Assembly: GCF_963506605.1 (NCBI RefSeq)
Contig: NC_083277.1
Coordinates: 9,672,001 to 9,736,000 of the forward strand
Reading direction: 5' to 3'
Length of the DNA stretch: 64,000 bases
DNA from: Zootoca vivipara
Taxonomy: Eukaryota
Shown: piece after piece, positions 1 through 10,883 of the stretch
Numbering within the stretch: position 1 is the first letter of the stretch
How the letters are laid out: each line of letters begins with the position of its first letter
Made by a program: the position numbers and the translations under genes
The notes under the pieces: generated by a model
Database searches by the model: none
What the model was told of the DNA's origin: nothing
The model's input: only the letters and a program-made list of their open reading frames with translations

Positions 1-233
1 AGACAAAAACATTTCTCTCTCACCAGGATTTTAAACTATCTATGGCCTTTATGCATGGGAGGGATGTTTCATTGTATTGCTTAAAATGCTGTAAGCTGTT
101 TTGAGTTTCTCTGGCAAAAAAGCAACCGGTAAATTTAATAAAAAGAACAAAATAAAGCAACACACAAAGTGGATCGCCTCCAAGCCCAACCCACACTCCT
201 TCTTTCGATTTGACCGCCATTGAGGCCTCTCAC

Positions 234-944
234 CTGCTGCCCGCATCTCTTGCCGTTTTGCCGCCCCAACAGGAAGCCTTCTGCCAGGGCCACCGCCTGG
301 GCACAGCTCTCTGGCTTGCTCTCGCGTACCCAGCTCTGCATCTCCAGGGGCAGGATAATCAGGAACTGCTCCAGGATCACCAGCTCCAGGATCTGCTCCT
401 TGGTGTTCCTCTCCGGCTTCAGCCACTGGCGGCACAGCTCCCGGAGCCTTTGGCAAACATCGCGGGGCCCTTTGGCCTCCTGGTAGCAGAAGTGGCGGAA
501 GCGCTGGCGCTGTGTCTCTGGCCGCAGGGCCCCCTCACTCGTGGCCTCCTCCTTCATCTTCATGAAGGAGTCCAGGCTTCGGTAGACCTTCTGGGCTTCC
601 CCGCCGAGGCCCGGCACAGCCTGGGTCACCCAGCCACCCCTCGGCCACTGCCCGGCATTGGCGACACCTTGGAAGGAGGCCTGGATCTCCTTGGCCTCCT
701 CTCCGGAGACGGGATGAGGCTGCGATCTGGAGTCTGGGGCCTGCACGCTCTGCAAGAACTGCTGCCACTGTGTCTCCCAGTGCTGCTGCTGCAACCCCTC
801 CTCTGGCTCCCGCTTAATCTGTGGTGGGAGATCCTTGCTCAGGAACGTCCCGGTGCTCCCCACATGGACCACTTGCGGGGCTCTCTTTCCTTCCCCCTGC
901 ATCCCCTGCCACAATTTGGAGCCGGCCATGTCCTGCGCCTCCAT
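234..944 (-). CDS. Gene 1: SCAN-domain coding exon of a SCAN-ZNF-type gene; downstream exons lie left of the window
   Basis: SCAN motif [50 protein letters not shown]...[14 protein letters not shown] in aaaATGg context at 944, acceptor ttttgctctgcag before 1101, donor CAG|GTGAGA after 234. Confidence 0.9.
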
Positions 945-2048
945 TTTCAGAGGTTCTGGGGTGCCTGCAACCAGCTGCGTCCCCCTGCTTCTCTTTCAGA
1001 CTATTCCAGTCTCCCACTTCCAATGGGGGACAGCCTCCAGTGTCTTAACCCTCTAGAGTTAAGGGGCTTCTCTTGGAGTCACAATCAAGGGGCAGTGATA
1101 GCTGCAGAGCAAAAGAACATAAGGAGTGGATTTGTAAAGACTTTCTTTTTCTGGCTAAAGTGTTTGTAAAAGCTGAAAATCAAAAATTAAAATTAAAAAA
1201 GGAAGAAGAGTCCTGCTCTGGTTTACAGCACATTGAAACATCAAATAAAACAATCCAGGGCAGGCATAGGCAAACTCCAGCCCTCCAGATGTTTGGGACT
1301 ACAGTTCCCATCATCCCTGACCACTGGTCTTGCCAGCTGGGGATGATGGGAATTGTAGCCCAAAAACAGCTGGAGACCAAAATTTGGGAGACACTGGGTT
1401 ACAGTGTCGGAAAAGGACCTGAGAGAATCCCCACCCAGTCATGAAGCTCACTTGGTGACCTTGGGCCAATCACAACCTCTGTACCTACCTCACAGGGTCG
1501 TTGTGGGGATCAACTGAGAGGGGGAGGTGAACCATGATGTACTCCTTGGATAAAAAGGCGGGATATAAATGCAACAAACAAGCTCTTCTGCTTAAGAAAG
1601 CTGGTGGGGGGAGCCAGATGGAGATGTCAGTCGCATCCAGAGATCTCCACATGGTCATGACTCCTCCATGAATTTATCTAATCCTCTGTTGAAGCCATCC
1701 GAGTGTCACTGCCTGCCAGACTACAGCTCCCTACCCCACTGGTTTTCGGAGGAGGTGGGCAAAATCTTGCCTTTGCAGGTTTCCACCCTTACTAACAAGA
1801 AGCCACAGATTTGGAGGTCAGACCCAAGCGAAATTGAAGTGTGCCCCCCCTCTCTCTCCACCCCCCCCCCCGCGTATTTTTGCATCTCTCAGCAGGCTGT
1901 TCTCCTCTTCCCCTCCCCTCTCGCCTTGCAAAAGCGGTTTCGCCCTTTTGCAGCCCGGGGTTCCCTTTGCAGCAGCTGCTGCTGTTCCTTTGTGCTGTGA
2001 AATTATTTCTAACCTTTCAATGCCCACCCCTCCACCCCCACTTTTTGC

Positions 2049-2168
2049 ACTCACCTCTCCTTGGCTGGTTTAGCAATCCTGTCTGCACTGTGCATGGCCC
2101 AGGAATAAGGGCACTTCTGATCCAGACTCACTCATAGCAGCCTGAGAAATATATATTTATATTTCATT

Positions 2169-2221
<53 letters not shown>

Positions 2222-2373
2222 TTATTTTAAAAAGCCAGTTTCCCACCAGGGCTCTCTTAGAAAGTGGGGGGGGGTGTTTGGGGGGGGAGGAAGTGGCTTC
2301 ACAATTCCTGATACTTCCCTTCTGACATTGCCAGGCGTTGCTAGGAATCGCGGTTGCACTCGGTAGATTTAAC
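2049..2373 (-). promoter_or_regulatory. Putative promoter and non-coding exon 1 of gene 1
   Basis: Donor GAG|GTGAGT at 2049-2054 (plus-strand actcacctctcc, as at 23819) and the shared motif CTAGGAA-N20-TTTAAC at 2341-2373. Confidence 0.55.
2172..2222. repeat. (TTA)n microsatellite
   Basis: Read directly from the sequence. Confidence 0.95.
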
Positions 2374-2582
2374 CTTTTCCAAACAGGCCTGGGCTGGTTT
2401 TCTTTGAGTTTTCTCGTGCAAGAACAGAACAGGGCTGGGGAATCCTGCGGCCCGCGGGTCGTCAGATGTTGCTTGGACTACAGCTCCCAGAATTCCTGGC
2501 CATTGGGCCATGCCTGCTGGGAGCTGATGGGAGTCGTAGTTCATTAACATCTGGAGGGCCACTGGAAAGAGCTGCTCTTAGG

Positions 2583-2718
2583 CAGGCATCCCCAAACTTC
2601 GTCCCTCCAGGTGTTTTGGACTACAATTCCCATCATCCCTGACCACTGGTCCTGTTAGCTAGGGATCATGGGAGTTGTAGGCAAAAACATATGGAGGGCC
2701 GCAGTTTGGGGGTGCCTG
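2583..2718. mobile_element. hAT-type MITE (~136 bp, palindromic)
   Basis: Terminal inverted repeats (TIRs) CAGGCATCCCCAAACT...AGTTTGGGGGTGCCTG; 8-bp TSD CTCTTAGG at 2575-2582 and 2719-2726. Related copies at ~1261, 3507, 3641, 4541, 21199, 21587, 24360, 35374 and 62800. Confidence 0.9.
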
Positions 2719-2875
2719 CTCTTAGGCATCTATCCCTCCCTGCATCAGTATTGGATTCGAAATTGTTTTTGGAGATGAAAGCGGTTTTTACATATATATT
2801 TTTAATCATTGTAATGGTTTCAATATACAGTACAGTAAAATTGTGTCATTGCTTTTATTGCTGATGCATATTATG

Positions 2876-3220
2876 GGACCCAGGTGGCGCTGTGGTTAAA
2901 CCACTGAGCCTAGGGCTTGCTGATCAGAAGGTCGGCGGTTTGAATCCCTGTGACGGGGTGAGCTCCTGTTGCTTGGTCCCAGCTCCTGCCAACCTAGCAG
3001 TTCGAAAGCACGTCAAAATGCAAGTAGATAAATAGGAACCACTACAGCGGGAAGGTAAACGGCGTTTCCATGTGCTGCTCTGGTTTGCCAGAAGCGGCTT
3101 TGTCATGCTGGCCACATGACCTGGAAGCTATACGCCGGCTCCCTTGGCCAATAATGCGAGATGAGCGCGCAACCCCAGAGTCGGTCACGACTGGACCTAA
3201 TGGTCAGGGGTCCCTTTACC
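2876..3220 (+). mobile_element. Sauria SINE, near full length
   Basis: tRNA-like head GGGACCCAGGTGGCGCTGTGGTTAAACC...GGTTTGAATCCC and tail GGTCCCTTTACC. Confidence 0.85.
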
Positions 3221-3506
3221 TTTTTTTTTATTATTATTACAGTATTTAGATTTCATTTGGATGAATTTAAACCTGCTGCCACCCTGCAAAAGGAGTATGT
3301 CCTAACTCCTGAGGATACTATTCTGACAGAGCTACAATTCTCAAGGTTTCCTGTGAAGAGATATTGACTGTTACACCACTCTGGGGTTGTAGCTCTGTGA
3401 TGGGACTAGAACATCTCCTGGCAATTCCCAGCACCCTTAACTACAGCTCCCAGGATTATTTGGAGGAAGACATGGCTGTTCCAAGTGATATCACAGTGCT
3501 TTAAAC

Positions 3507-3788
3507 CAGGCATAGGCAAACTCCGGCCCTCCAGATGTTTTGGGACTACACCTCCCATCATCCCTAGCTCACAGGACCAGTGGTCAGGGATGATGGGAGT
3601 TGTAGTCCCAAAACATCTGGAGGGCTGTGTTTGACTATGCCAGGCATCCCCAAACTTCAGCCCGCCAGCTGTTTTGGACTACAATTCCCATCTTCCCCGA
3701 CCACTGGTCCTGTTAGCTAGGGATCATGGGAGTTGTAGGCCAAAACATCTGGAGGGCCACAGTTTGGGGGTGCCTGGCCCTATGCCTG
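3507..3788. mobile_element. hAT MITE with a second MITE (3641-3776) nested in its right TIR
   Basis: Outer TSD CTTTAAAC at 3499-3506 and 3789-3796; the inner copy interrupts the terminal ...ctatgcctg. Confidence 0.8.
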
Positions 3789-4389
3789 CTTTAAACGTAT
3801 GGTGTGAATGTGGCCTGTATCTTCTCTCTGCTACTCAGAATCTTAAATCATGACTTAAGTCATCAACTTTGCCTTCCCACAATGACAGCACTTACACACC
3901 ACATTTCCTTCTGTGTGGGATCATTCTTGTGGGGTGAGGCTCTGGCTTTCCTGGATTCATTGCCTTCTTCCTATCCCCCCTTGCTGCCTGAGTTTGGGTG
4001 GGTGGTTGGGAAAGACGGGGTCTTTTTGAGCGTGGCACCATTCGCTGTGGAATGCCCTCCCAAGAGAAACAGATGTAGCTATGCCACTGCTCACTGTCCA
4101 TCACACAGGCTTTTTCAGAACATTTTGGGGATGGGCAATAGCATTCACAGCTTTTGCTCACCAATGTGGAGTGGTTCACTGCTGCATAGTAATTCTGTAA
4201 GACTAGTTTTATTTTAAAGCTTTAATTGTTGAAAATTACTTTAGTTGCCTTGATTTCCACACTCCCCATCCCCAAGGAAAGGCATTTTTAATATAGCCTA
4301 AATATATAAAATAAAACTTACTGACACTTTCAAGGCACAAGCTATGCAACCAGTGTTATAACCTTTTTTCAGTACTGTGAGGATTTTTA

Positions 4390-6180
4390 TTTTTAGGGAA
4401 ATAATTTTTATTTGATTTTACAATTTCATTCACATTAAAAATCACAGATAATTTAAAAAATACACAAGATTCTTCTTAATCTCAAGACCTCCCCCCCCCG
4501 TGGGTTCTTTAGTTAACTTTTTCAGCTGCATACTATAAGTCAGGCATCCCCAAACTGCGGCCCTCCAGATGTTTTGGCCTACAACTCCCATGATCCCTAG
4601 CTAACAGGACCAATGGTCAGGGATGATGGGAATTGTAGTCCAAAACACCTGGAGGGCCGAAGTTTGGGGATGCCTGCTATGTCCTCCTAATTTTCAGCCC
4701 TCCATTGTACCCAGAGTCTATGTACTGTAACATTACAAGAGTTATTTAAGACCTGCCAAAGTGTTCAAGTGTTTACAGTGGTCTGTCAAGTATAGTATAG
4801 TTTTCTCCCATTCTTTGCTTGTTTGTTTTGTTTTTTCTCCCATTCTTTGTTGAAGTTTCAATCCTTCTGGTTTCTGATTTTCCCCGTCATTTTTGCCATC
4901 TCTACATAAGCCAATAGTTTGCTCTCCCAGTCCATTCTGATAAGGACCTTGCTTTCTTTACAACCATGGGCGAGCAGCATTCTTGCAGCTGTCGTAGCAT
5001 ACATAGACAATGTTTTCGGTATCTCTGCACCTACAATTCCTAGCAAAAAGGCTTCTGGTTTTTTTTAACAAACATGATTTTAAACATTTTTTTCAGTTCA
5101 TTGTATATCATTTCCCAGAATTCCTTTATTACTTTACAATTCCACCACATATGGTAAAAGGTGCTTTCCTTTTCTTTACATTTCTAGCAAATATTTGAGC
5201 TTGTCCTATACATTTTTGCTAATTTACTCAGCGTTAAATACCAGCGGTACATCATTTTCATATAGTTTTCTTTTAATGTATAAAAAGGTAAAGGACCCCT
5301 GACAGTTAAGTCCAGTCATGGACGACTCTGGGGTTGGGGCGCCCATCTCGCTTTACCGACTGAGGGAGCTGGTGTTTGTCCACAGACAGTTTTTCCGGGT
5401 CATGTGGCCAGCATAACTAAGCTGCTTTTGGCGAAACCAGAGCAGTGCACGGAAACGCCATTTACCTTCCCGCCGGAGTGGTACCTATTTATCTACTTGC
5501 ACTTTGATGTGCTTTCAAACTGCTAGGTGGGCAGAAGCAGGGACCGAGCAATGGGAGCTCACCCCATCGCAGGGATTCAAACCACCGACCTTCTGATCAG
5601 CAAGCCCAAGGCTCAGTGGTTTAGACCACAGCGAATTTCAAATCCTCTCTACATATTTTTTCCCCATGCTGAAAGCTGTATGTTATATCAAAAATCCCTT
5701 GCCGATTGTATCATATCCAGTTTAACTTCTTCATCTTTAGTAAACCATTCCAATAACAATTTATACATTTCAGAGTAATTTCACATTATTCTCCAACAAT
5801 TATCTCTCAAACCTCGGTATTTCATTAAAAAATCCCTTTGTGTTTTAAAAACATCTCTTTAACTGGTGATACTGTAACCAATCCGTTAAAAGATCTCTTA
5901 TATCCTCATTTTTTCCCCAATTTCAACTGGTGCTATTCTTCTACTAATAATTCCTTATATGTTGCCCAACCCTTTCTCATATTCAATTTTTTCACATAAA
6001 TCGCTTCTAGTGGGGAGAGCCACCATGGGATTTTCTGCTCCAAGAGATTTTTGTATTTCTCCCATACGACATATAGTGACTTTCTTACTAAATGGTTCAG
6101 GAAATCTCTCTGTACTTTGACTTTTTCATACCATAAATATGAATGCAACCAAATCTATTATTGTTACCCTCCAAATCTAA
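4390..6180 (-). mobile_element. Decayed L1-clade LINE ORF2 3' fragments, interrupted by a MITE and a SINE
   Basis: Peptides MYATTAARMLLA...WESKLLAYVEMAKMT and KIPWWLSPLEAI resemble ORF2 C-termini of non-mammalian L1s; A-rich minus strand. Confidence 0.55.
5286..5632 (-). mobile_element. Sauria SINE, diverged
   Basis: Reverse complement of the 2876-3220 family. Confidence 0.8.
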
Positions 6181-6282
6181 AATATCTGTATTTTGTAATG
6201 TTATCCATTCTCGGGGCCAGCAGGACACCTCATAATATAACCTTAAATCTGGCAGGGAAAATAAAATTATTATTATTCTTTA

Positions 6283-6603
6283 TTTATTTATTTATTTATT
6301 TATTTATTCTCCACCCTCCCCAGTCAAAACCGGGCTCAGGGTGGCTAACACCAATAAAATTACAATAAAACATAAAAAGCAATTAATTAAAATACAGATT
6401 AAAATACAATATTAAAATTTAAAATGCAGCCTCATTTTAAGTAGTCCATAAATCCAAACCATGAGGGAGGAAAAACACAGGGGTCAGACTAAGGCCAGCC
6501 CAAAGGCCAGGCGGAACAGCTCTGTCTTGCAGGCCCTGCGGAAAGATGACAAATCCCGCAGGGCCCTGATCTCCTGTGAAAGAGCGTTCCACCAAGTTGG
6601 GGC
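6283..6603 (-). mobile_element. L2-clade LINE 3' end, split by the provirus and continuing at 17936-17970
   Basis: Rejoining the flanks gives a minus-strand RAFSxxAPxWWNxL-type ORF2 terminus, followed by an (AATA)n tail. Confidence 0.65.
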
Positions 6604-8054
6604 TGTTATAAGGGGCAGGGTAAGAGGAATTTGCCCCCATGCATTACGAGACTACCAATGTACAGAGAGGGGACAGTTTAGCCAGAGAGAAGCCATTTTC
6701 TTGACTTCATGGTTCAAAAGTCAAGAGAAGCCTATTCTGCCGTATCAAGGTAAATTAATCCCCTGCTGACCCAGACAGTTCCTCCAGACCTCTTGGAAAA
6801 CACACGCACCCTTTTACATAACCCATTGCTAAATCCTGTCTCACACCCACATGGAAACTTGCATAATCGCACCTCCAGCCAGATAACCAAAAACGATAAC
6901 GATCACCCATTCTCGGAACTTCCACCCTCCCAAATCCCCGCCTGAGGTGCCCTCCCTTGTACTTTTCATGACCCAGATTCAGCTGAACCATGGACCTTTT
7001 TAAGATATATATATTTATCCCTAATAAACTATTCCGTTGTTCCTTTAGTAATGTTATGGTGTCCTCTATCATGTTACCCGATGCATCTCCCTATTCTCTA
7101 CTCTGTATGAAACTGTATCTATTTACGAAACCGCAATAATATAACCTTGCACTGATACCTTGAACCTTTCTATCAAATTGTACCTGTTTAAAAAATCCTG
7201 CCATCCTGAAGAATTAATTGTTTGACTCTACTATTTGCAAAGGTTTCCACTTATGCACCCTTCTAAGCTTTTAGTTCGTTGTCCTTGATAAAATGTTATA
7301 AGCTGTCAAACATCGCTCTGAACTGTGAACGTTTTACCGCTGTTAGAATTGTATCCTCTCTGTGTATTATTAGTTACTGTATAATATCTTCTTCTTCTTT
7401 AACTTTAAGTGTAGTCTTTTCTCTCTATTGCAAACGTTGAATATTTGTATAAACTTTGTTGCAAGTTAATAGGCACCTCTGTGGCACAACATATTTTACG
7501 GACTGTTTCCACTTCTTCTTGATACCACACTGCCACCTAGCCAGTCTAAAAGAGCACGACTCAAATACACACTTTCAGTGAGAACAACAATTTTATTTGA
7601 TAAACAGGTGTTATCAACAATCTTCCCACATCCGCAGAGTCTTCCTGTCAAACAATAAGGAGACATGCATAATCATTACCTGGACTATCACCATGATATC
7701 TTACATCAAGAATTCCATCAACCCCTTTGTCCTCTCGCGATTACCCCCTCCCAGAACCCATTTCCCCACCTTTTATGCAATTCTGTACTATTGGAAATGA
7801 AACCTATAAATTTGTGAAGCTTCCTTTGTTCGGGGTCCCTTCACTTCAACTTGCTTGTGTGGACGGATCGCTATTGCAATAGCTTTATTATTTAATTAAT
7901 AAAGTACCTTGCTTCGTACGTCCTGGTTTGGCCTCTGTTATTTGGTAGGCAGGAGACGCTCAAACTTCGTCTGCCTGCCAGGATACCTGGACTCTTCCTG
8001 GGTCAAGGATCCACTTAATTCTAGGACCGTGTAGCTCTGCAAATTTTTACAACA
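6604..8054 (+). repeat. 5' LTR (1451 bp)
   Basis: TGTTATAAGG...TTTTTACAACA; TATAAA at 7805-7810, AATAAA at 7898-7903; direct repeat of 16481-17931 (offset 9877). Confidence 0.97.
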
Positions 8055-8057
8055 GTT

Positions 8058-8075
8058 TGGCGACCACTTCGGGGA
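8058..8075 (+). promoter_or_regulatory. Primer-binding site, tRNA-Arg(UCG)-like
   Basis: TGGCGACCAC starts 3 nt after the LTR and matches the first 10 nt of the Arg(UCG) PBS as I recall it (TGGCGACCACGAAGGGAC); the centre is mismatched. Confidence 0.7.
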
Positions 8076-8965
8076 CCCAGTTTTGCCTTGAGCTCCGGGT
8101 TCACTGAGGAAGGGGAGCCCAGCGCGCCCTTGCCTCTTTTGCAGGGGGGTAAACCAACCTCAGGACCCGAGGCGCTTGGTAGTAATTGAGAGTCCAAGCG
8201 GGACCCCCAGGACGAAGCAACGTTTAAAGGGACAAGGCTGTTTTTTCTTCAGGAACCAGTGGGAAGCTGGAGACAACGGGATTCGACTGAAAGGATCGGT
8301 CGTGAGTATTAAAAGGGGACACGCGGTGGGCTGATTACTGCAGCAACTAAAATTCTAAAACTTCACTCTTCACTGTTCTCTCCTTTTCTGTTTCTTATCT
8401 TGGGCTCTAGTTGCAGCTAAGCTGTAAAGGCATAAGGGATAAAGAAGAATTAGAGCCTTTGGGATCCGTCCTTTCGTTAAACGAAATACCCAGAAGGACG
8501 GACCCAGCTCGCTCCTGCCAATCTGCGCAGGAGTTCTGAGCAATCTACCCAACCTTTTTTCCGTATTCCTCTGCTCTTAATCTTCGGGTGAAGCCGCCCC
8601 TAGACACCCCCGATCCCCACCGGGAAGTGACGGGGTTGTTCTAGATCGCAAGGTCACCCGTTCTTTTCAAAAAACCTTCCTTCCAAGGCTAACCACCCGG
8701 CATTGCGTGGGCAAGCGTCCAGGGCAGGTAGTCTTTCTATTAGATTGTAAGAGGCAGGAAAGTTGCTGCAGGACCCTAGGCAATTGATGACCAGAAGGGG
8801 GTCCTTAGGTATCAAGCTGCACCAGGCCGCCTAGTAGTTAGTGCACGCGAACGGCAGGCAGGAACACCACAAGGACGTGGGGGTGAGTCATAGACTCGGG
8901 AAGTTAAGAGTGTCCAGGAACAGGGTCGGGGACCCAGAACTGCAGTATAAAGAGCCAGAATAAAC

Positions 8966-10883
8966 ATGGGTGCGCATAATTCAAAGGAATTCCTGTCCCA
9001 GACTCCCAGCCGTGGCAAAGCTCAATGGAAGCTTCGCCAAAGTGGGGACTCTGAGGATGAAAGCCCATTACAATTCATATTCGAACATTGGCATGAATTA
9101 CCTGGGGTGGAAAAACTTGACAAAAATCGGCTAAAAAGACTCTGTCAGAAAGACTGGATCCGCGTCACTGCGGACCATCCAGAGGGGGAAAAATGGATCC
9201 CGAGAGGTTCCCTTAATGCCCAGCGAATCTCTGCACTAAGAATAACACTGGAAGACCAATACCCCTTGCAAATTCGATATCTCAACTTATTTGAAAAGGC
9301 AAAAATCCTTCTTAAAGGGACTGAAGGTCCAACAGCCCCACAAATGCCAGTAATAACGGAAAGGAGTTCAAGACCCCCACCGTACCAGGAAACAATTATA
9401 GAAGAGCCGGTAGACCAGCTCTGCAGCCCTGCCGAAGCCCCGGCACCATCTCCTTCTAACGCAAACAGACAACGGGAGGCTGAGGTCCAAGACTCCCGGA
9501 GTGCAGTGGAGGGCGGATCTGTAACTCCTGCCATGCCTAGTCTAAGTCCAGCACCTCAGGGCAACCTCGAAGCCCGAATTCCTGCTGAAGTACCCCCCCA
9601 GCTAAGTCCTGTTGCTAGCAGAACTCGTAGTCGTGACCCAGAAACCAATTTAGTGGAGCAACTAGTGACAGTTTTATCGGAATTAAAGGGATCGTCCACA
9701 AAGGAAAGAGACCCCATAGAAAAGGAACCAGAGGCTACCGAGAAAACCCAGGGACAATATCCCTTAAGGTCAGTCCCAGTTTCAGATGGGACGAACTTCG
9801 TCTATTCCCATGTTCCCTTTTTAACCTCAGACCTACTGAATTGGGCTCAGCAGATGTCGACCTTAAAAGACAATCCTGACATGTGCTATCGTAAAATTGC
9901 CATTATTTTTTCTACTCATAATCCCTCCTGGGCAGACGTACACATGCTCCTGAATGGTCTTTTTAATGAGCCCGAACGGGAGGAGATTTTAGAGAAAGCA
10001 ACAGAAGCCCTAAAATTACCTGATGTCCAACTCAATAAACCTGCAGGGATCGAGCCTCTAACTGCAGCCCAACTTAGAACCGAACCAGAATGGGACTATA
10101 ACACCACGCCTGGGATTTGGTATCTGAAGGCGTTTCGAAAAGCCATCTTACATGGGATAAGGCTCGCGGGAAAAAAATCTACAAATTGGACTAAGATCAG
10201 GGAGGTAACCCAAGAACCTGATGAAACTCCCACCGCCTTCTATACCAGGCTAATAACCGCCTTTCGAACATGGGGGGGGGATCGATCCTGATACCCCAGA
10301 CAACCAAGTAGTGGTGAAAAGCTTCTTTAAAGACCAAGCTTGTCCAGACATCAGAAAATTCCTCTCCCTCCAAGTAGCCTATGAAGGGAAACCCATGAGT
10401 GAGATCCTCGGGCTTGCGAAAACCATTTATGATGGAAGGGATGAGAAAAAGAAAAAGGAGGCAAGGAAGGAAAAGGAGGACGATGCTAGAGTCCTCGCCT
10501 TGGCTTTGAGTGCAGCCAGTACCGCATATAACCCCCAACCTAGTTACCCCTTCAGAAATTCAAAGGCTCCCACACAACCTAGAGGGATGAACGCACATGC
10601 AAATCGACAAGCCTCTCCTTACCAAAGGGCTAACAATGTCCAGCATCGAGAGACCACCTCTCAATGCTTTTTCTGCAATCAAATAGGGCATTTCAAGCGA
10701 AATTGTCCATTATTCTTAAATACCGTGGCACCAAAACCAGCTCTAGGGATGGGATCCAATGCAGCACAAAACCCTAACCCGATAGCGCCAAACCCTTTCC
10801 AGAATCAGCGCCCATTCCAACTACCGCTGGAATTTAACCAGGAGCAAATGCAACCCACTCTTAATTCAGAGACTAACCAATGA
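8966..10883 (+). CDS. gag: Gag polyprotein (~638 aa if the one extra G in the 10272-10280 run is removed)
   Basis: MGAHNS myristoylation motif, PTAP and PPPY late domains, major homology region (IREVTQEPDETPTAFYTRL), single CCHC knuckle CFFCNQIGHFKRNC. ORFs 8966-10291 and 10311-10883 join by deleting one G. Confidence 0.93.

Noticed and set aside
210-1169. 319-aa plus-strand Leu-rich ORF, and similar ORFs at 21835, 27825, 30277, 37169, 37973 and 54186
   Set aside because: Antisense shadows of GC3-rich SCAN/ZNF exons; no independent motifs.
7597-7800. 67-aa plus-strand ORF in U3
   Set aside because: TTG start, short and without motifs.
8055-8965. Possible glyco-Gag extension in the 0.9-kb leader
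   Set aside because: An in-frame TAA at 8948-8950 closes the gag frame just upstream of the ATG.
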